DNA of 64,000 bases from Felis catus (Eukaryota). Positions 14,258 to 24,700 of this stretch are shown piece by piece. Where the stretch lies: contig NC_058368.1 in assembly GCF_018350175.1 (NCBI RefSeq), forward strand, positions 137,394,001-137,458,000. The letters are read 5' to 3'. Position 1 is the stretch's first letter; each line of letters opens with the position of its first letter. Below the pieces are notes generated by a model, which was not told the origin of the DNA, made no database searches, and saw nothing but the letters and a program-made list of their open reading frames with translations. The position numbers were made by a program, and so were the translations under genes.

Positions 14258-15028
14258 TAATCATTGCCAACCATGTGACTAATCTTGTCCTATCAGGTTT
14301 GTGAGGTTTTTCAGTAGCATCGTCATGTATATTTATTTTTATGTTGTGGCTAACGACTAATTGATGCATGGGATAAGATTGTCACATGCTTGCTGTGTTA
14401 AAAAGCTTGATTATACATGAAAAGCATTTAAATATCCACCAGTAAAATAAAGATGCATGCAAATTCTATAAATTTAGGTTTTTGCATTGTTTCTTTTTTA
14501 GAATTAATTTGAAAACTTGGATTGCATTAAGAAATACATGTTTAAATTACGTTATGTATAAAAACCTTATTTGCTTGTTAATGTTAAAGATAAACATCTA
14601 CACCATAAGTTGTATAATAATAGTTTATATTGTGGCAGTATATCCTATGTTCTGCTTCTTTCGATTGATAATCTTTCAATTCAAGTCATTTTTAGTAGTG
14701 TTTAATGGAATACAAGTCATAATACAGTTTTAAAAATTAATAATTTACTCTTGGCTCACCCTCCTTAATAGTTAAACGGGGGATTAAAAACCAACTGTCC
14801 ATTTTATAGATGCAATCTATTAATAAGAAAATGTGAATTTCGAGGTTTCCACTATACTGAGATTAGATGGGCCCAACATGCAGGAAGTATGAGAAACTTA
14901 AACTTTATGAAAATTCTTTGAATATAAACATTATACTGTGCTGCTTATTCCATTAAATACTGTCCATTAGTATTGTGATTGAACCTGCTTTTTACTTAAA
15001 TGCTAAACTCAATTCTATAATTTAATAG

Positions 15029-15128
15029 GTGCACTTCTCTGAGAAACATAAGGGACAATGAGGAAAAGGATTCAGCATTTCGTGGGATTTGTACCATGAT
15101 CAGTGTGAATCCCAGTGGAGTAATCCAA
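15029..15128 (+). CDS. TNPO1: Transportin-1 coding exon (~22), [33 protein letters not shown]
   Basis: taatag/gtaaga boundaries; 100 nt. Confidence 0.97.
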
Positions 15129-16641
15129 GTAAGATGTTCATAAAGATTTTTTAACTTTTAATATTCTGAGTAATGAAACTTTTTAAAGGGTCACCTGTTT
15201 TAAAGCTTTAAATCATGAAAACATACCATATATTACATATATTTTCAAAGGTACTAAAAACAAATTATGTTTTTAAAAAGATGTGTTATTTCTTAATATC
15301 TTGAAATGGTAATGCTTGTTTGTGATTTCTTAAATCTTTTTTTTATGAAATAAATAGATTGAGGTAATAAAGTCAGATTCTTGTCTCAAATTAAGCCAAA
15401 GCGTCTTTCATCTACATCCACTTTGTACGTGCCTCCTATCATTGAATATCAGTTTGTTGAGTTTGCAGATACCTACCCTTAACAGTGACCCAAATAGTTT
15501 AGGTTACTCTTTCTTAAGAGTAGGTTACTCTTTCTGTTATTTAGAATTAAACTTAGAAATTCAGTAGTGAACAAAAGAGAATAGTGAATTAGCCATTAAA
15601 ACTGCTTTAACTTGGAGAGCTTATGATTTATTCATCGTTATTTTGTTTCTTATCTTAGTTTTATATAATATCTAGATATTTTTAGCATTTAAAAAAATTA
15701 TTTGGCAAAGTATAAGATATGAGTCTGATAACTTCGGGACCCAAGTGTCAATTTGCAAGACACAAAACAGGAATGTGTTGATTGACACCACGTGTATGAA
15801 ATTAACAAAATGCAGGCTGTAGAATTCTAGGTTAAGTATCCCAGGTTCCTCAACAGATGAATTGTAAGGAAAAGTATGGGAGGGGTTTTCAAGAAAATAC
15901 CCTTTCATTTCCAAGAGATAACATGCTTTGAACATCTTTTAATTAACACTTTTTGATATTTCCTGTCTTCTGTTAATGACTGTTGTTTGTTAGTTCAAGT
16001 TTAGAAACATTATGTGAATTACAAGTTTATAAGATTCAAATTGATATAGGTGATCAGCATTGAAAAGTTAGAAATGGAAAAAATCTTTTGACTAATTTCT
16101 CATAAAACAATAACCTAGTATTAAAATAAGCCTGTACTATTTTTGGAAATGGTCCCTACTTACAAAATAACCTCCTGGCATTAAGTTTCTGGTTATTTTT
16201 TTGTTTTTTGGGGTTTTTCCCCTCAATACCAAAGAACTTTATGTCATCTTTAATGTGTTTAGAGTTATATGATGTATACTACATTACAAAGAAACATTTT
16301 CCCATCAGAATTTTGTTGTTTTTGTTTGGTTTTGAATTCACATTTTAAGCCCTTAAAACTAACACATACGTATGTGGTCATGAAATCACTGCCAGTTTAA
16401 GAGCTGGTAGAAATCTCTGTTTTTTACATTCTTCACTTATATGTGGTTAAAAGAAAATATCTTAAGGTTTATTTTTTATGTTTAAATTTTTAACAGAGTG
16501 ATATTTGGAAGACAAGGAATCATAATTCTAATAAAACAGATCCTCAGGCACATGGAATTTTATTTGCTTAAATATGTGTTTTATGCACATATTTCAGTCG
16601 GTAAATTTTGAAATTTAAGAAAGTGCCCTGAATTTAATAGA

Positions 16642-16857
16642 ATTTTTTTTTTTTCAACGTTTATTTATTTTTGGGACAGAGAGAGACAGAGCATGAACGG
16701 GGGAGGGGCAGAGAGAGAGGGAGACACAGAATCGGAAACAGGCTCCAGGCTCTGAGCCATCAGCCCAGAGCCCGACGCAGGGCTCGAACTCACAGACCGC
16801 GAGATCGTGACCTGGCTGAAGTCGGACGCTTAACTGACTGCGCCACCCAGGCGCCCC
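16642..16857 (-). mobile_element. Young cat-type SINEC_Fc-like element
   Basis: CpG-rich, near-identical to other copies in the window; ends cgccacccaggcgcccc. Confidence 0.93.
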
Positions 16858-17264
16858 AATAGCAGAATTTTAAATAGTTGACATCAGAACATAAGCAATA
16901 TCTTAAATGCTGTATATTGAACTGCTGTTGAAGTATGCTAGTCAAGATTGAAAAATACTTAAATGAAACATTTAAAGCCTATACCTTTTGTCACCTTGTT
17001 TTCATAGTGAGAATAACCCAATTATCTTTCAAATAATAGAGCATTGGATATTCTTTTTTGCTTGGGTTGGGTTAGGTTGGATTGGGTATTATAACTTGAT
17101 ATATAATTCGTTTTTCTTCTAACTTTTGGTCATTTTAAGTTTCGACCTGAAGTTTAGATCTGTTAATTCCTATACTCCCAAGCTTATTTGGCTTCTACTT
17201 AGCTAGCTTTAAATTATTTCTAGGCCAGTCAGAATTGTAAGATTATTGAATTTATGTATTTCCC

Positions 17265-17446
17265 TTTTTTTTTTTTTTTACTCCAGTTTATTTATTTATT
17301 TTGAGAGAGAGGGAGAGAGAATCCTAAGCAGGCTGCACATTGTCCATGCAGAGCCTAGTGTAGGACTCAATCACATGAACCGTGAGGTTATGACCTGAGC
17401 CTAAATCGAGTTGGATGCTTAACTGACTGAGCCATCCAGGCACCCC
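17265..17446 (-). mobile_element. Older Can-SINE
   Basis: Poly-T start, ends gccatccaggcacccc. Confidence 0.85.
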
Positions 17447-17749
17447 AATTTATATATTTAATTCATTGAATGAAGGTTTTTAGAACTGGTGTTCATTTAA
17501 TATTTTCAGTCCATTGTTGATGCTCATTAGACTGGGGTTTTGGAATAGGAAATCTAATACAAAGGGCCATTACATTCCAATATAAACTGAATGAGTAGAG
17601 GTTCCTCGATGGTGGAATAATAGGGATATCCATTAAGTAATCCTTTATAATTCCTTATAAAAAAACTTGAGGTAGGATTTGGTCGTGATAGGTATGTTTT
17701 GCTGTGTTTGACAAATAACAATCTAAGATGTGTTTCCTGCTTGTTACAG

Positions 17750-17824
17750 GATTTTATATTTTTTTGTGATGCTGTTGCATCGTGGATTAACCCAAAAGAT
17801 GATCTGAGAGACATGTTCTGTAAG
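17750..17824 (+). CDS. TNPO1: Transportin-1 coding exon (~23), [25 protein letters not shown]
   Basis: ttacag/gtaagg boundaries; 75 nt. Confidence 0.97.
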
Positions 17825-18496
17825 GTAAGGTAACTAAAAAGTTTTTATGGTAGATACCTTGGGACTGTTACAATCCTGGTTGGAAAGTGTAAATTACTTT
17901 TATATTTCATATGAAACTTGGACTCTTTGAATCCGTATTGATTGGTAGACCATATAACCTTTGGTCTTGGCAAAAAAGTTGGCTTGATCTTTTCTTAAGG
18001 TATAGCAGTGACTCAATAGAGTACACACTTCAAAAATATTTTCTGAAGCATTACCACTGATTTCATGTGGTCCCCCTATCCCACCTGTACAAAACAGCAT
18101 ATATTTTCAAAGATGACTGACTGAGATTTGAAGTATAAACTGTTGAACAAAGTAAATTTTAAGTGTTTTACACAGGGATTAAATCTATATAGTTGTTCTG
18201 GTAGTGTCCCTCTGGATCAACTCCAGTCAGTACTCAACCATTAACAAAATAAGAAATACAGTGTTACACATTTGAATCACCTATTACTGAAATTAGTGAA
18301 CTGTGGTTGCAGATGTGAACCCAAAAATTTATATATTTTCAATTTGAAAAAACTTAATGTGCATAGGAATTTTATCCCTTGATTGAGTTCTGTACTTTCT
18401 TGTATTAGGTCAGAGTTTATTTAGTATATATCTCTTACTAGGTCACTTGCTGAATTCTATCTAAACTTTCCAAAGCCAAATTTATGTGGTGCTTTT

Positions 18497-18942
18497 ATTT
18501 TTTATTATTTTTTTTTCAACGTTTTTATTTATTTTTGGGACAGAGAGAGACAGAGCATGAACGGGCGAGGGGCAGAGAGAGAGGGAGACACAGAATCGGA
18601 AACAGGCTCCAGGCTCTGAGCCATCAGCCCCAGAGCCTGACGCGGGGCTCGAACTCACGGACCGCGAGATCGTGACCTGGCCGAAGTCGGACGCTTAACC
18701 GACTGCGCCACCCAGGCGCCCCTTTTTATTATTTTTTTAATGTTTATTTGAGAGACAGAGACAGCGGGAATGGGGAAGGGGCAGAGAGAGATTGAGAGAG
18801 AGAGAGAGAGACAATCTGAAGCAGGCTCCAGGCTGTGAGCTGTCAGCACAGAGCCCAACATGGGGCTCAAACTCAGAAACTGTGAGAGATCATGACCTGA
18901 GCTGAAGTCGGGTGCTTAACCGACTGAGCCACCCAGGTGCCC
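18497..18942 (-). mobile_element. Two tandem Can-SINEs (young copy ~18505-18722 inside the tail of an older copy ~18723-18942)
   Basis: Outer TSD tttatg(t/a)ggtgctttt at 18481 and 18945; inner repeat tttttattatttttt. Confidence 0.9.
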
Positions 18943-19080
18943 CTTTTATGAGGTGCTTTTAGACAGGATACACCAACAAAGTTTGAGAATCACTGCTTTA
19001 AAATGGATAAAATTTTTTAAAAAGATTGGAGTTTTTCTCTTGTTAGTGATAAATTAATGATTCTTTTTCACTTTTTGCAG

Positions 19081-19188
19081 ATCCTTCATGGATTTAAAAA
19101 TCAAGTTGGGGATGAAAATTGGAGGCGTTTCTCTGACCAGTTTCCGCTTCCCTTAAAAGAGCGTCTTGCAGCTTTTTATGGTGTTTAA
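19081..19188 (+). CDS. TNPO1: Last coding segment of transportin-1 (~exon 24), [35 protein letters not shown]; exon continues as UTR to 19223
   Basis: ttgcag acceptor; TAA at 19186-19188; donor ggg|gtaagt at 19223/19224. Confidence 0.97.
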   Translation: MLHGFKNQVGDENWRRFSDQFPLPLKERLAAFYGV

Positions 19189-21482
19189 TCTCATACACTT
19201 AAGCTGCAGTCCCATAATTAGGGGTAAGTTGTAAGAAGTTTTGAGTTTTTCAGGGTGAAGAAACTTAGGTCTGCAATCTAAACCTACTGAGTGAAATTAA
19301 AGCTATATGTTTTTCTACAGAGGTTGAGTAAAACATTCTTAAGCTATATTAGACTTGAAATTTAAAATCCTTAAGGCTAGAGAATTTTTTTTTTTAACTG
19401 ACAAGCAAGGGTTAACAAAATGCATGATTTTACTTTCAGTCCTGAGTAGAAGGAAATCTAAGTTGGTATGCTAGTTAGACTACTCGACATAGTAATCCTT
19501 CTTAAATTTTTTGCCCTGTAAGAATTCTCCCCACATTCACTTTGGCACAGGGTAGAAATGATTTTGAAGTATGAATTTATCGTCTGTGATATATGAAGGA
19601 CTTCTGTGGTTGTGAGCTTCAGGGAAAAGCCCACTAGAATTGGAACTAGTGTAGGGCTCAGTAGATAGGAATATTTAATATTCATTTTTCAAGGTTGTAT
19701 TTTACGGAGCACCTGCCATGTGACCAGCACTGTTTTAAAATGGACAATGGAAGAGTGTATTTCGCTTTGGGGTGGTAGAGGGGTAAGTCCATTTGGACTC
19801 TTGTTCCTCGAGTTTTTCTTTACTTATGTAGAACTAATAATCCTGATCTCTTAGCTTCAGTTCCATCATTGAGTTATTTTGAAGATTAAATAGTAAACTG
19901 TATGCGATGCCAGAACTTAGTGTATATTGCTTAACACACTAAGTTGGCTCAGTAAATGTTAGGAATATGGACCAGTACAGGGAACGAGAATACCCTTCTT
20001 TAGGTGTTGAACATGAACTGAGACATATTTGACTGGAGGGCCAAGGAGTATACTCACTGGTGTCCAGAAGATGTCCACCAACTTCAGTCACCTTTTCTGT
20101 TGGGAGTTTTTGTCGACTTGCTTGTTTACTTTGAACTAGATTTTAAACCTGGAAAGATTTCAGCTTCCAAGTTGTCAAAGCTGCAGGGCAGTAGAAATGG
20201 ACTTGTAGTCTCTGGAATATCTCAGAGCCCTGTATGCATCTTATCCCCCTGTAGTTTTGAGTCCTTGGGGCTATTTTGTGGCTTTAGCATTTTGGAAAAG
20301 TGTGTAATTCACTTTATGTTAAATCGTGAAAATGTAATAGATGAGAATGATTCTTAACATCAAGGGTTGAAAAATAGAACAGTGAGCTGAATCTTTAGCA
20401 AAGACTTTTCAGATTTAATATCTTCTGTGATCTCTGTCCTGTCACCAATTAGGAATTAACTGAGTTGATTTACTCTAAGACGATGTATGACGAAAGTATT
20501 CGTTATCTAATTAGAGATAAAAGTGGATCAGTATCTTTATTCCTGCCTTTTTTATAATGTTCCCTTTTTTCAGAGGCAGAGAAAAGGTGTTGCATGTACT
20601 TCTCCACAGATGGGCTAATCACACCCTGAATTTACATCAGTCTTCATAATAAATGTCCAGTGTTTGGTACGAGTGGTTAGTAGATTTTTGTTGTGAAGAC
20701 CACTGTCAGGCACTGGTTACAATCTCCTAGGAATCTGTTTTATTTCTCAATGTGCTTATCGTTAAAACTGCTAGTGTCTTTAATAGGAAAATCAAGAGGT
20801 CTGAGAACATAGGAAATGACTGAGCAGGATAGGGCCCGAAGAATTATTAATAAGGAACATCAAAGAGGCAGGTGTTAAAACTTACTTTCTGGTATTTGCT
20901 GAATATAGTAACCTTAGTACAGTTCAAACACCATTAGGGCCTCCTAAGCTAAAACATCAGACAACCAAAAATAAGTAATTCTTCTTTATTTTTTCATGGA
21001 TTGGATTTTCATGTGCATAATATTGGGCATAGTGGCCCCCAAAAAAGATCATGTATTCATTCTCACTGAGGAAAGAATTATTTTAAAGCAAGTGTTATTT
21101 GACTTTGAAGAAGGTAAGGCAACTTGTTACATGTGGAATAACCGATTCCCATTGGGGCCCATTGTGCAAAGGGGGTTAAAGAATTAGATTGATAGCATCC
21201 TACAAGATGTCCATCTAAATTTCATCTATATAAGGTGTTCCACACCTCTCTGCATGTCTTCAGCTTGGTGTCACTTCTCATACCTGATGCAGATGACAGT
21301 TGAAAGCCATAGGAGAAGGCAGTGACATGGGTTATCATTGACTACTGGCATGATCTTAGACAATTTATCGTGTTTGTCATTTTCTGTAGTTAGAAGTAGC
21401 GCTCTCACTTGATTAGTTATGTGTTTCACTGGCTTTAAGAGAAACAGTTGTTAAAATATAAAATTGTTTTCTTTTCTTATAG

Positions 21483-21727
21483 GTCCTTCAGTCTTGGAGA
21501 CTATGAGGGAGCCTCTGCACCCAGGGAAAATGTTACCCTTTACAGGGGGGAAGGGTAAACCAGTAGGGAATACAGTACAATCCCAACCCTACTGGGAGGG
21601 GCGGGAGGGAGGTGTTGCCGTCACTGTATTAAGTCGATGTTGGGAAACGTTTTAACATCTGGAGCCTTTGTGGGTGGAAATCTGTCTCCAATTACAACTC
21701 CGCACTGGATGTGAAGAAGCAAAAACA

Positions 21728-21760
<33 letters not shown>

Positions 21761-24700
21761 CCTATTCAGTCTACTCACAAAACAGTACATCCTGGAATAT
21801 TATGGGGAATTGTACCAAAACAAGAACCACATAAATGATGCATAGGGATAAGAAAGAGGAAAAATTCTATAGCGCACAATAAAGGAAACCTAAGAATGGG
21901 GTTACAAACAGTAAAGAAGCTTTTTTTTTTTTTCTTAATTTAAAGATTTTTATAAATTTTCCCACATGATGGGGCCTTGTTTTTGCATGCTGATGAAGAA
22001 CTACACAAATGAAGCTAATAGAATTAAAATCAGCTTGCCTACCCATAGTAGAAGCAGGTTCTTGGAAGTTACAATTTAAGGTACCCCAAAAAAGTTGGAA
22101 ATAAAACCAAGCAAATTTAAACAATGAAGCACCCTGTGAAATGCCAAATGAGTCACTCCTTTTACCTTTGTGGGATGGGCAGGGAGGGAGGAATAAATGG
22201 GGTTGGGCATATCAGACTAAAGATTGACATCTTGATTTTGCATTAAAACATTAATGTAGTGGATATAATTTGATGGTTGTACTTCATTAGATTTAATTTC
22301 TAGGCCAAGACGTTCTTTTTAAAGTGCAGTTTAAGGTTCAGGCATGCATTCTGGCTCATAGTGATTGAAAGTACTTTAAATTAGTGGGGAAGTAGCATGC
22401 TTGCATCACATAGAGTGAGATTGGTATTCATTTACCTCTGGTGCGCCAGTGTGTGTTGCAGTTTACCAATTCAATATAGCCCTGCATTTAAAATTCCTTT
22501 TTAAGATTTGTGGATTTTTTATTTTTATTAAGAATATAGATATAAAGTACTGTAGTTTACAGCTAGGCCTTGAAATATCTTTTTAGGATCTTGTTAGGAG
22601 TAAGATTGATATTGTATTGTGTGTAACCTGCACAATGTGGAAAGCTGATATACCTGTGCAAAATCTTTGCCTCCGTGCTGTCAGTGTGATGTGCTTTCTG
22701 CATGGTTATATACTACTAGTGATTTTATCAAAACTTCTAAAACATAAAATACATGGTAAAAGATCTGTAAGAGGCTGCATAAATGTTAGTTGGCACATAA
22801 AGACAATTGTAGAAGTTGAAGACATGATTGCTATATCTCAATGTTTATTCCCACTCAACATATTGCCTTCTAAGCTTTCTTTTTTTGTTCAAAGCATGAT
22901 CTTAAAGATGTTTAAGTTAATGGATGTAATGCAGGGTTCCTACACTGTATTGGCGCATGTTGGTGGCCCTCTGTGCCCTAGACAGATGCACACAGGGTGC
23001 AAGTAAAAAGCTACAGAGTGAAAGTTGGTTTGGATCCTCTTCATTTCATTTGTTTAGCTTTTCTGTTATTTTTCTCTACTTACATGTATTCCTGTGAATA
23101 AATCCTTGTTAAGTTAACCCTTTACTTTTCCTTCCATGTGTATTTTCTTATATACTGTGAATGTGAAAACCTAACTGGTACACTTGATCTTGTGTCCATA
23201 TGAAAGTGCAAGTCTTTATTAATTTGGATTGCCTGAACAGTGTATCCCATGATGATGAAGGAAAATGGAGAGATTTTTCTTTTTAACTCTGCTGGTCAGA
23301 GATGAAGCCACACCTTTCCATTTTTCAATGCTGCATATTTAATCTGCAACAAAAATGTTAAGCCATAACAACCTTTTTATATTTTAGTTTGTCACCTTTG
23401 CATTGCAGAATAAATCCTGAATAACCATTTTTATAAGCAGTTGCTCCTCTTTGCATGGTTCTGTTCTTCTAAAGGTGTTGAATGATACAGCCATTGCACT
23501 GAAGTTTGAGCTGTATGCGTGTGAATTTAAAAATACCGTTTCAAACAACTTCAAATGCATGGTAGCATGCAGAAAGGTTTTTGTTACTGTGTGTGTGTGT
23601 GTATGTGTGTGTGCGCGCGTGTGTGTGTATATGTGTGTATTTTTTTAAACATGTTCTTTCACCTTTTTCCCTCTACTTTGGCTTTGCAAATTTCAGTCTG
23701 TAGAGCCCAAAATTAAGTCCTATTTTACAAATGTCCAGTTTGTTTTTTTATTTTTTTTTTTTAATTATAAAGTTGGATCCAAAGGGTATGTAGCATTTTG
23801 CTTTCTAGTACCTTGCTTCATTGGGAGCTCCAATTTTGCTTCAGTCTTCAAAACCTGATTAGTATAGCCATTTTATCCTTAAATCCTAGTGACACTCTGT
23901 AGTTTGTCAAATACTTCTTAGAATTTAGTGTTGGAGATATTTTAGTATTCTGGAAGAAGTAAAATATAGATTGAAAGAAATGGCAAAATTCTTCCCTAAA
24001 CACTTTAAAACAAACCTATAGAAACAACCCTCAGTAAAATTATCTGGACCTGTGATTGACGGTTCCACACTGACTGAAAAGCGATTTGTTACCTCTTTGA
24101 TTAAAAATTGGTTTTTAATTAAGCAGATATGTAAGATGGAGTGTGCCCATTTTTGTAGTCACTTAACCTGTTTTAAATTTAAAAGAAATTTAATTTAAAA
24201 ATAGTCAAATTAAGGAAATATGATTGGCAACCTGAGATTGGGTTGGGTTTTTTGTGCTTTTCTGCCCTTGAGGTTATTGTTTCTCCCTAATTTATATTTC
24301 AGATACGTAGTATAGCCTAGGAATTTGCAGAAGCCATTTAAGTTCTCTTTTGAGGTAAGCTCTGATTTAGCATTTATTATTCTGATAAAACTTAATACAT
24401 CATGGGATATATATAAAGCAACTTAATTCTTGTGGTGTAGTCTTAATAGTTTTGAATGTTGACTGAATGTCTATGAAATCGTGTTTGTCTTTGTTACATT
24501 CCAGTGTTTCTGCCTCTTGGCATGCTTAAAGCACGGCTTACTTCATCTGCTCCTTCCACACTAAAGTGCTGTTAGTGTGCTCAACTACAGAAATAGCCGC
24601 TGCTAAGTGATGTAGATTTTCTACTTGAATATTTTTATGTTGTAGGAACCTCAGGAGGTCAGTGTTTACTGTTTTATATATGCCTTCTTTTTCCTGTTCG

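Noticed and set aside
16671..16862. Recurrent peptide GQRETEHERGRGRERGRHRIGNRLQALSHQP in several ORFs
   Set aside because: Translation of antisense SINEC_Fc copies, not a gene family
21464..21655. 63-aa ORF across the start of the terminal exon as an alternative C-terminus
   Set aside because: Begins in the intron; skipping exon 24 enters a different frame (VLQSWRL*); no supporting splice path
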